Shown here in pieces: positions 9,547-17,634 of a stretch of DNA of 52,687 nucleotides. Positions within the stretch are counted from its first letter, which is position 1; every line of letters starts with the position of its first letter. A program made the position numbers and the translations under genes. This DNA comes from an uncultured Clostridia bacterium (GTDB taxonomy: Bacteria > Bacillota > Clostridia > Christensenellales > UBA1242), in NCBI GenBank assembly GCA_947626955.1, contig CANQUB010000004.1, forward strand, positions 1 to 52,687, given 5' to 3'. Below the pieces are notes generated by a model. That model had not been told where the DNA came from, ran no database searches, and saw nothing but the letters and a program-made list of their open reading frames with translations.

Positions 9547-9963
9547 CTATTTTTTTAGATCGGCAATTATTTGGCTTTGCACATCGGCAGGTATTTCCAG
9601 CTTTTTGTCAACCACCTTTTTAGGCCAGCCCTCGTCGACCCACTCAATGCCATATTTGTTAATCGGCTTACCAAACCTTGGATAAACATTGAAATGCACA
9701 AACTGCTCTTTCATCATAATGGCGCAATAGTTAAACTTTTCAGCGCCATAGAGCTTCTTGGCCTTTGTTTCGTACCACTTACAAACTTGCGGTAGCTCGG
9801 CCATCTCCTCCTCGGTCACGTGCGAAAAGTCAGGCACTTCCCTTTTAAGGACAAATGCCACCTGTCCTAAAACGCTTGGCAGCTCTTTATAGACAACCGC
9901 CCAATGTTTAAAAGTCTTTATCGCAAGCTCGGGATTAGAAAATCTTCCAGCAAATTCCAGCAT
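9547..9963 (-). CDS. HIT-like protein with degenerate histidine triad
   Basis: HW.V......LGQ...VLKR, EEMAEL, EKFNY..IM...FVHFNVYPRF; only one His of HxHxH is retained. Confidence 0.65.
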   Translation of the reverse strand: MLEFAGRFSNPELAIKTFKHWAVVYKELPSVLGQVAFVLKREVPDFSHVTEEEMAELPQVCKWYETKAKKLYGAEKFNYCAIMMKEQFVHFNVYPRFGKPINKYGIEWVDEGWPKKVVDKKLEIPADVQSQIIADLKK

Positions 9964-10029
9964 TTTTTAATCTCCTTTATAGTTTTATAATAACATATTT
10001 TGCCAAGAACTCAAAGCAAATTAAAGCAT

Positions 10030-10068
10030 AAAAAATAGAGCCCGACAAAAATCGAACTCTACTTTTTT
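10030..10068 (-). terminator. Intrinsic terminator
   Basis: Minus strand aaaagtagagttcga-loop-tcgggctctatttttt directly after TAG at 10069-10071. Confidence 0.7.
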
Positions 10069-10343
10069 CTAAGCTTCCTTTTTGAACAGTATCAAGGCAA
10101 GAGCCAATACCACAACTGTGAGCGCCACCAAAACCACATTGGTAATCGCTGCGTAGCCAACTTGTTAGAAGAGAGTCTTTAACCGTCTTCATAACGCTAG
10201 CCAGCACTAAAACAAAGGAAATCAGCACCAAAGCAGCAACAACCAACTTTAAGATATTTAGCTATTGCTTGCCTTTTTACTTTTTATGACATCAACACCG
10301 AATTAATAATTTTAGCCGGCATAATTGTTGTCTCATTTTCCAT
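10069..10343 (-). pseudogene. Degraded small membrane protein gene
   Basis: ATG at 10343 runs into an early stop; hydrophobic segments LVVAALVLISFVLVLA and QVGYAAITNVVLVALTVVVLALALILFKKEA* are in different frames; terminator follows the second. Confidence 0.5.
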
Positions 10344-10620
10344 TTTTCAACTTTCTCTTCCAAAATTGCAAAATATACGCATTTTCCACTGTATTTAACA
10401 TGTATCTTGCGTTTTTTAAAATTGTTTTTTACTCAGTTTTTAATTAAATCTTCTAGTTCGTTTAGTTCAAACAATCCTTCATCTAATTGATTGTATTATT
10501 GTGAAATCCTTTCAGTTTCACCTTTGTATTAAGTTGTTCAAATTGATTGTATTATTCATATATTTTAGTCCTTTCAAATTTTGTATTTTCTTTAATATCT
10601 CAATCAATTATCTCTTTCTG

Positions 10621-10683
10621 AAGGCAACCCCTTGAAGTGTGACCAATTTCTTCCTTTTTCCCATTAAGAGGAGCAATGATTTA
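10621..10683. repeat. 63-bp direct repeat, copy 1
   Basis: aaggcaaccccttgaagtgtgaccaat...gagcaatgattta; 50/63 ungapped identities by manual count with 11861..11923; overlaps the GIY-YIG stop codon. Confidence 0.85.
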
Positions 10684-11349
10684 ATGCATTTCTAAGCGTT
10701 CTCTTATGTCATTAAGTATCTCGCCATTATATTTAAAATACCTTGGACCTGCAACATGACCATCTTTACCTAATTTTAATAGTATTTTGGCTAATGCAGT
10801 TAATGACATTACTTCGCCATTAAATTCGACTCGCCTATCATCAACAACTATTGCAAACTTTGATTCATCACGTGCAAATGTTATCTTTGAACCAACAGGA
10901 ATATTACATTTTTTAAATGTAAATGGAGATGCTTTTTCTTGAGCTTCTATTTTTACTGCTGTTGCGATATTTTCCTCTTCTTTCTCGATGTCTGATTGCC
11001 CTACAATTTTTAATTTGTCTTTTGTTCCATGTATTTCTGCCATGGCATCAAATAAGTCATAAGCATCTTCAGCAGACATCGCATAAAATTCCCTAACCCT
11101 TTTCTTACCATTAATAGTTTCTCTTGATCTTAAATCCGGATTAAGTTTATCAATTATAGAATGTATTTTCATATCGGTTAATCTAACATTCACTTCATAT
11201 GTTGCAAATATTCTAAATCCAAATGGAGTGCACTCACTTCTATTAAGTTGTTTTACTCTTTGCTCAACATCATCGGCATAACCAATTTTAACCCACTCAG
11301 GAAATGATGGGTTTGTTAAAATATAAATGTAACCTTTTTCTTCTGTCAT
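10681..11349 (-). CDS. T5orf172/GIY-YIG nuclease-family protein with RAMA-like C-terminal domain
   Basis: GYIYILTNPSFPEWVKIGYA...RVKQL...PF.F...REFY N-terminal domain; C-terminal VEFNGEVMSLTALA...GPRYFKYNGEILNDIR. Confidence 0.8.
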   Translation of the reverse strand: MTEEKGYIYILTNPSFPEWVKIGYADDVEQRVKQLNRSECTPFGFRIFATYEVNVRLTDMKIHSIIDKLNPDLRSRETINGKKRVREFYAMSAEDAYDLFDAMAEIHGTKDKLKIVGQSDIEKEEENIATAVKIEAQEKASPFTFKKCNIPVGSKITFARDESKFAIVVDDRRVEFNGEVMSLTALAKILLKLGKDGHVAGPRYFKYNGEILNDIRERLEMH

Positions 11350-11371
11350 ACAATACTCCTTACTTGCGTTT

Positions 11372-11400
11372 ATTATATCATAAATTTAAAATATTTTCAA
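11372..11400 (-). promoter_or_regulatory. sigmaA promoter of the GIY-YIG gene
   Basis: TTGAAA-17 bp-TATAAT with extended TG; -35 lies in an imperfect inverted repeat 11388..11419. Confidence 0.6.
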
Positions 11401-11458
11401 AACACTTGAAAAATATTTTCACAAGAGTTAAAACACAACTCAATTATGGGAGGCTCTT

Positions 11459-11713
11459 ATGGATTTAATTCAGGTTATTTTAAGTGCTTATGAAGATAAA
11501 AGAATAAACAAACATTCTAAAACTTATAAAATGCTATGCAGGGTTGTTGATGCTGAAAACAAACTGCGTGCTACTTTTGATGAAAAACAAAAAGAACTCT
11601 ATCATGAATTTGATATACTAACTCTCGAATATCAAGGTTTACAAGACATAGAACTAATCAAGTTCATTTTAGAATTCTTTCACACCGTGCATAATCCGAT
11701 GGATAAAATATAA
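11459..11713 (+). CDS. Small helical hypothetical protein
   Basis: 84 aa ORF with GGGAGG RBS, divergent from the GIY-YIG gene. Confidence 0.6.
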   Translation: MDLIQVILSAYEDKRINKHSKTYKMLCRVVDAENKLRATFDEKQKELYHEFDILTLEYQGLQDIELIKFILEFFHTVHNPMDKI

Positions 11714-11860
11714 TTATTTTTTCTTTCCTTGCATATCTCAAAAATTGATACATTGATAATTTTCACACTCCTCTACTTATATAAGGACATTATCTTTAAA
11801 AAAATTTAGGCAGTAAATGCAAAAATTAAAAATTTCTTTAATTTTTTTACAATCACAAAA

Positions 11861-11923
11861 AAGGCCACACCTTGAGGTGTGACCAATCTTTTCTTTTCCC
11901 TAATCAAAAGCAGCAATGATTTA
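11861..11923. repeat. 63-bp direct repeat, copy 2, containing the res terminator
   Basis: Minus strand TAAATCATTGCTG...GGTCACAC-CTCAAG-GTGTGGCC-TTTTTT hairpin plus U tract, starting 4 bp after the res stop. Confidence 0.85.
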
Positions 11924-11927
11924 TGTT

Positions 11928-14531
11928 TTATAGCTCTTTCAAAATAGTCAAAAATTCATCTAATGTTATGGAATCTGGATTACTTTGTATATCTTCTTTT
12001 GATACCATATAATAACGATAATCTGCACCGGCCTGAGATTGCCATATTTTTCCCAACTCTGCTTTTTCTCTACTATTATCGTTTGAAGCCAAATAATCAC
12101 CTTTTGTTTCAATCATTACAATTTTTCCGCTATTTGTCATAGCTATAAAATCTGGGTAATGATTTAAAAATCCATTAATATAAAACTCTTGCCTATCTAT
12201 ATTACGGTGCCACCATTTAATATTTGATAAAGATGCAACCTTTTCAATAACATCCAATTCAAAACCATTTACTGATTGTTCTGCTGTATATAACGATTTT
12301 TGAAGGATTTTAAATGCGTTGGTTGGTGAAATTACAGAGCTAAAACTAAAAGATGGCAAGCAATAAATTTTCCCCTGTTCAAGCCACTCTCTAAATTTTT
12401 TCCTTTGGTGATCCATTTGCAATAGTTTAATTTTAGCCTCAATTTTTGATGTGTATCCATAAATATTTTTTTCAAGTTCAGCAATTGCTTCGCTATTCAT
12501 ATTATCAACAACACGATCAATGTAATCAGCCAAGTCAGAACCAGAAACATTATCTAACTTTTCTAATTGGGTTTTTATTTGATATTTACAGTTTCTTTTT
12601 TTGCTTTCAGGTGGCAAAGAATCAAAGATTTCTTTGTAAAATTTATTTTCCACACCCTCAAGTCTTCTATATTTAGGACTCTCGTTCTTATTTACATCAA
12701 TTTCATAAAAACTTTCAGTGGCAGTAGTAAAATCAATTTCTATATCTTTATCCCTTAGAGTAAAATTATCGAGCAACATTTCATTTGTTAAAAGCACTTT
12801 ATAATCACTATCCAATTGTGTAAATATATTTGGTTTTGGTTTTACAAAAAATTGAGGTATTTTTAGAATTTTTACTTCATCTTTAAAATTTTCATACATA
12901 ACATAATTACTCATTTTACTTCTAACCTCCAAGGGTAAATTACCAAACACTTCACTACTAGACTCTTTTAAAATTTCATCATAAGAATCACTTTTTTCTT
13001 CTGCACTTGCAAGCATAGATGTAATTGTGTTAGATGCCTGCCCCTTTCTATTAATTAGCTCTTCCTTTACCACTTCATCGTTAAATTGTAAAAATTCTTC
13101 TTGTTTATCAAGATTTTCCATTTTACTTTGAAGCATATGAACTTTTACCGGTTCGACTTCTTGCGTTTCAGCAATTCGATATTCTTTTTCACTAAAACCT
13201 GCATTGTTCAAACCTGTAATAACTTTCTTAATTGTTGAATTAAAATCATTCGAAGAAGTTAAAACATAAGAAAGATTTAAGAATTTGCTATCATGTTGTT
13301 TAGTATAAGGAAGTCTAAGTACTCTACCTAAAATTTGTTCAACATCAACTACCGAAGTTTTATTGGCAAGGGTAGCTAAAATATATGCAAAAGGACAATC
13401 CCAACCTTCTTTTAAGGCATTCACGGTTATAATGTATTTTATTTTGCAATCATGAGATAATAAATTGACATTTTTTATTTCATTTATTTCAGCTGTCTTA
13501 ATTGCTATTTCCTCTTTTGGAATACCTAATCCTACCAACCTTTCTTTCAATTTCTCAAAAGTTTCTTTATTTTCATCAATTTTTGGTTGAGCTTGAAACA
13601 ATACAATAGGTCTTATATAAACCCCATTATTTTTCTCGTTTTCAAGAGCCATGGTTTCTAATTTTTCTCTCAAATCTATTGCGTCAATAATTACTTGCTC
13701 TTGTGATGGTCTATTATACAGAATCACAGGCAGCTTAACCATATTTTCAGCTTTTAATTGTGAGGCATCAACATATGAAATTATATTGCTATTTTTTCGA
13801 GGCGTGGCAGTTAAATCTAAAATGAAACTCGGATTTAAATTTTTCAACATTTCAACACTGAGATCCCCTGTTGTATGATGACTTTCATCAACTATAACTA
13901 CCGGAGATAATTGATTTAAAACTTGAATTAGAGCAGTATCATCAACATTTTCAATTTTTGTTGCTGGTGTTGGAGAATAGTTTGCAAAAGTATTTAAGTT
14001 TCCGTTTTCTTGATATATTTTTCTTGCCTCTTTATTTCTAATTCTCAAACTATCAAAGCTCATTACAATAATTGATAACTGCTCATTTATTTGTGTGATG
14101 TTAAATTGTTGCCCATCTAATGCCTGTTGTTTCGTATAAATTTGAACTCTTCCGTTAAAATCCGTTTCAATTTTTTGTCTATATGGATGAGAAGGGTTTG
14201 TTAAATTATTTAAAGTCTGTGTTAGTATTGCTTCTGATGGCACAAGCCAAACTACAACTTTTAATTTTTCGCTTGGCAAATTGTTAAAAATAACTCTTAA
14301 AGCATTACAAGCTAAAAAGGTTTTTCCACCACCTGTTGGAACTTTAAAACAAACATGTGGGGTATTGGAAATTGTGTTGTTGTATGTAGCAAGTCCATTA
14401 AATCCAACATTTACACCTTGGTTGAGCCAAAGCTTATTATATGCAGAAACAACACTACCTGTTTCATTTAATAATTGGCAATAACTTTCTAAATCATTAA
14501 TTACCTTTTTTTGAAATTTTTTAAGTTCCAT
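11928..14531 (-). CDS. res: Type III restriction enzyme Res subunit
   Basis: SF2 helicase motifs KVPTGGGKT, DESHH, LTATP, LKEGWDCP, EQILGRVLR; C-terminal PD-(D/E)xK nuclease YPDFI...IETKG. Confidence 0.9.
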   Translation of the reverse strand: MELKKFQKKVINDLESYCQLLNETGSVVSAYNKLWLNQGVNVGFNGLATYNNTISNTPHVCFKVPTGGGKTFLACNALRVIFNNLPSEKLKVVVWLVPSEAILTQTLNNLTNPSHPYRQKIETDFNGRVQIYTKQQALDGQQFNITQINEQLSIIVMSFDSLRIRNKEARKIYQENGNLNTFANYSPTPATKIENVDDTALIQVLNQLSPVVIVDESHHTTGDLSVEMLKNLNPSFILDLTATPRKNSNIISYVDASQLKAENMVKLPVILYNRPSQEQVIIDAIDLREKLETMALENEKNNGVYIRPIVLFQAQPKIDENKETFEKLKERLVGLGIPKEEIAIKTAEINEIKNVNLLSHDCKIKYIITVNALKEGWDCPFAYILATLANKTSVVDVEQILGRVLRLPYTKQHDSKFLNLSYVLTSSNDFNSTIKKVITGLNNAGFSEKEYRIAETQEVEPVKVHMLQSKMENLDKQEEFLQFNDEVVKEELINRKGQASNTITSMLASAEEKSDSYDEILKESSSEVFGNLPLEVRSKMSNYVMYENFKDEVKILKIPQFFVKPKPNIFTQLDSDYKVLLTNEMLLDNFTLRDKDIEIDFTTATESFYEIDVNKNESPKYRRLEGVENKFYKEIFDSLPPESKKRNCKYQIKTQLEKLDNVSGSDLADYIDRVVDNMNSEAIAELEKNIYGYTSKIEAKIKLLQMDHQRKKFREWLEQGKIYCLPSFSFSSVISPTNAFKILQKSLYTAEQSVNGFELDVIEKVASLSNIKWWHRNIDRQEFYINGFLNHYPDFIAMTNSGKIVMIETKGDYLASNDNSREKAELGKIWQSQAGADYRYYMVSKEDIQSNPDSITLDEFLTILKEL

Positions 14532-14540
14532 TATTTCTCC

Positions 14541-16154
14541 TTATAATTTTGCTATGTCTCTAGGTATTTTTTTAAATATAATGCCGTATTGAGTAAGCAT
14601 TTCTTTTGATAAATTGCAAACATCGGCATATATTACATAATTAGCACATTTTGTTTTAATCCCCGATAAAAAATCTATATCTAACGTTGTTCTTTTATCT
14701 TTTTCGTAATAAAAATAATATGCAGTATCATTATTCGAACCCAAATAATATTCATTATCATTGTCATTTTTTATTATAGCTTTTTTAGTTTCCATAAAAT
14801 AGATATATCTTCTTATTTCTTCGATTTGCAATTCTTCATTTAAATTTTTACCATCTCTAAAAATTGGCTCGCCTAATTCATAGTAACTAAAACTCCCTTT
14901 TATTCCTGCAATAGCCTTATCGCCTTCACCATATCCTTGAATAACTCTTTTTACACGCTCTGCTGTAATTGTTTCAGTATAATCCATCATCTCAACAAGA
15001 ATAAATTTACGGTTACCATTATCCCGTTTATTAAGATTAAGTACGGCGTGTGCAGTTGTACCCGAACCGGCAAATGAATCAAGAATTATTGAGTTTGAAT
15101 TGTTTACAAATTTTAAAAGATACTCAATAAGAGATACAGGCTTAGGATAATCAAAAACTTTGGCACCGTTTAAGATTAAGTCAACGTCCTTACCAGCCTC
15201 TTCTGTTGTACTTACACCCACTGATTCATCAATTAAGTTTGGTGGAACTTCTGGTTCGTAATTTGCTCTTTTATATGATAATACTAAATTATTAGATAAA
15301 TTAATAGTAGTGCCTTTTTCAATATTTTCATCTAGTGTGCTTTGAATCCAAATAAATTTATTTTCAAAGGTAACATCATTAACATTTTTACCATCTTTGA
15401 TAATCATATCATTTAATAATTTATTTGGAAATTTTTGGGTCCCATAAGTTCCAGCTTTGTAAACACCATCCTTACCTTTAAAGTTTATAACCCCTGATTT
15501 AAAATTTAATCTTTTCAATGAATTTTGTGGTTTAGTAAATGGATCATCACTAGGACTAGATTTTTGAACTCCTAAATATCTTTGATTATTTTTATTTTTT
15601 TCATAACAAACTATGTATTCAAGATTTTTCTTTATTTTATTAGACAAATTCGGAGGAGTTGCAGACTTATACCACATCCATTGACCTATAAAGTTTGTTC
15701 TACCGAATATTTCATCACAAATAAGTTTCAAGTTGGCAAGTTCATTATCATCTATACTTATAAAAATTCTACCATTTTCATTTAAAAGTTTTTGTAGAAG
15801 TTTTAATCTTGGATACATCATACAGAGCCATTTATCGTGTCTCGATAAATCTTCTCCTTCAGGTCCAACAACCTCTCCCAACCATTTTTTTATCCTTGGA
15901 TCATCTACATTATCACTATACACCCATTGACCTTCTTTTTTCCCCGTGTTATAAGGAGGATCAATATAAACACAGTCAACCAAACCTTCATATTGAGGTA
16001 ATAAAGATTTCAATGCTAAAAGATTATCCCCATGTATTATCATATTTTCACTTTTTTCAGAATTAAAAGTATACTTTTTTTTCAACGTCCTATAAGGAAC
16101 TTCCTGATGATGGTTTATAACCTTTTCTTTCCCGATCCAATTTAATGTTGGCAT
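14541..16154 (-). CDS. mod: Type III R-M Mod subunit (beta-class adenine methyltransferase)
   Basis: MPTLNWIGK start, GDNLLALK, YIDPPYNTG (motif IV), HDKWLCMMYPRL, FDYPKP, DSFAGSGTTAHA (motif I). Confidence 0.92.
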   Translation of the reverse strand: MPTLNWIGKEKVINHHQEVPYRTLKKKYTFNSEKSENMIIHGDNLLALKSLLPQYEGLVDCVYIDPPYNTGKKEGQWVYSDNVDDPRIKKWLGEVVGPEGEDLSRHDKWLCMMYPRLKLLQKLLNENGRIFISIDDNELANLKLICDEIFGRTNFIGQWMWYKSATPPNLSNKIKKNLEYIVCYEKNKNNQRYLGVQKSSPSDDPFTKPQNSLKRLNFKSGVINFKGKDGVYKAGTYGTQKFPNKLLNDMIIKDGKNVNDVTFENKFIWIQSTLDENIEKGTTINLSNNLVLSYKRANYEPEVPPNLIDESVGVSTTEEAGKDVDLILNGAKVFDYPKPVSLIEYLLKFVNNSNSIILDSFAGSGTTAHAVLNLNKRDNGNRKFILVEMMDYTETITAERVKRVIQGYGEGDKAIAGIKGSFSYYELGEPIFRDGKNLNEELQIEEIRRYIYFMETKKAIIKNDNDNEYYLGSNNDTAYYFYYEKDKRTTLDIDFLSGIKTKCANYVIYADVCNLSKEMLTQYGIIFKKIPRDIAKL

Positions 16155-16185
16155 AAAAACTCCTTTGTAAAAATTTATTTAGCAC

Positions 16186-16194
16186 ATTATAGCA
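16186..16194 (-). promoter_or_regulatory. Extended -10 promoter of mod-res
   Basis: TGCTATAAT upstream of the AAAGGAG RBS and mod ATG. Confidence 0.55.
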
Positions 16195-16225
16195 TACTAA
16201 TTCATATTTTGTATATGATAAAATC

Positions 16226-16253
16226 AAAAAAACAGCAAAAATTAATTTTGCTG
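16226..16253 (-). terminator. Weak intrinsic terminator after rnlB
   Basis: cagcaaaa-ttaat-ttttgctg followed by a T tract on the minus strand. Confidence 0.55.
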
Positions 16254-16270
16254 CCTATTCAATTATTTTA

Positions 16271-16606
16271 CTAATCTAAATATATAAACTTTTTAATACT
16301 TTTGGATAATGTAGAACTTTCAAGCACTTCATTATTTTGCTTGAAATATTCGTGCGTATTTTCTTTTATTAACTCAGATACATATCTTGGATTTATTACT
16401 CTTGAGGTTACTTCATTCTCTTTATTAAATATTAATTCTATAAATCGATTAAAAGAAAAACCATTCCTATAAAACATATCTACAAGCACTCTTCCTTTAT
16501 TAGACACTTTTCTTATTTCGTCATATAGATAATACATATCTTCATTTGATAACAATAAAACATAACTTTCATAGTTATTAATCTTAAATAACATAAATTT
16601 TTTCAT
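16271..16606 (-). CDS. rnlB: RnlB-family antitoxin
   Basis: GRVLVDMFYRNGFSFNRFIEL and LESSTLS resemble E. coli RnlB (GEILFDLLCANGPEWNRFVTL; LEASVLS) as recalled; directly downstream of the RnlA-like gene. Confidence 0.82.
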   Translation of the reverse strand: MKKFMLFKINNYESYVLLLSNEDMYYLYDEIRKVSNKGRVLVDMFYRNGFSFNRFIELIFNKENEVTSRVINPRYVSELIKENTHEYFKQNNEVLESSTLSKSIKKFIYLD

Positions 16607-16615
16607 ATTAATTTC

Positions 16616-17632
16616 CTAAAATAAGATTTTATAAGTTTCTTCGATTACTTCCAAAATTTCATCTCTTAATTCTTCTGCCTCTTTATAATTTTGAATAACT
16701 CTCATTTGTGCAGGATCAATGGTGCTGTGCGTATATACATTTCGTTTATCACAATATGTATCATAAAGTTTATATAGTGCATCTTTATCTTTCTGTGAAA
16801 TATCTGTCCTTAAATCAATCTCTGTCAGACCATTTTTTTTGTACCTTTTAAATGGGCTTAAGTTTTGCTTTAATGTAAAATGAAATTTTTGTGTAAGCAA
16901 TTTCTTTATATATCCTTCTAGTGCTTTAAAAACCCCGGTTAGAGGTGAAGAATAATCTTCTGATTCTATTTTGGAATTAATAAAACTAAACGAACCAGAA
17001 ATTGATTTCAATTGAGCCTCTTCCATATAATTATATGAAGTTTTTAAGATTTGCTTAATTCTACTACGTATAATATTAGCACTGTAAGCCTCTTCGCTAA
17101 ACTGTTTCCCCAAATCTACATAATCATCAAACGAAATTATATCCAAACTGGCAATAAAAGTTAATACAATATTAAAAGTATAATATGGCTTACCCTGAAT
17201 AACAATATTATTACTGTTCTTTGTAATCGTTATTTTATCATTGTTAAAACTTGTAAGTATATACCTATTTTCTATAATTGATATTGTTATTTTCCCAGCA
17301 AATTCAGATCGTATATAGTCTAGTATATCATTTATAATTTCTGCATTTTTAATAACAAGTTGATTAGAAAATTTATCATCTTTAATTCCATATTCTTCTA
17401 AATATTTTATAAGAACAAAAGCCAACTCTTTATTTTTACCAACACAAATAGGATTAATGCCATCTTTTAATAAATGAATATCTACTTGACAATCCATTCT
17501 ATTAACAAAAAATTTACATATAATTTTTGTTTGAGAATATCTTATTTCCTTCTTTGTAAAATTAGGATTTTCATCAAAAAATTTTTCCAATAAGTATTTT
17601 ACACTGTCTTTATTTATAAGTATCTTAGACAT
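16616..17632 (-). CDS. rnlA: RnlA/LsoA-family HEPN endoribonuclease toxin
   Basis: VDI...KDG...GKNKELA, D.ITI...IQGKP, DYS..L...KALEG.IK and catalytic R-x4-H (RNVYTH) parallel E. coli RnlA; similar length. Confidence 0.85.
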   Translation of the reverse strand: MSKILINKDSVKYLLEKFFDENPNFTKKEIRYSQTKIICKFFVNRMDCQVDIHLLKDGINPICVGKNKELAFVLIKYLEEYGIKDDKFSNQLVIKNAEIINDILDYIRSEFAGKITISIIENRYILTSFNNDKITITKNSNNIVIQGKPYYTFNIVLTFIASLDIISFDDYVDLGKQFSEEAYSANIIRSRIKQILKTSYNYMEEAQLKSISGSFSFINSKIESEDYSSPLTGVFKALEGYIKKLLTQKFHFTLKQNLSPFKRYKKNGLTEIDLRTDISQKDKDALYKLYDTYCDKRNVYTHSTIDPAQMRVIQNYKEAEELRDEILEVIEETYKILF

Positions 17633-17634
17633 AT

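Noticed and set aside
9977-10246. 89-aa ORF from the ORF track as a real gene
   Set aside because: It reads through a terminator and is better explained as one frame of the frameshifted pseudogene 10069..10343.
10485-10556. 16-bp direct repeat as a CRISPR remnant
   Set aside because: Only two short AT-rich copies and no cas genes; I saw no CRISPR array anywhere in the window.
14541-16154. Phase-variable mod (phasevarion)
   Set aside because: No simple-sequence repeat tract beyond short A/T runs expected in AT-rich DNA; the frame is intact.
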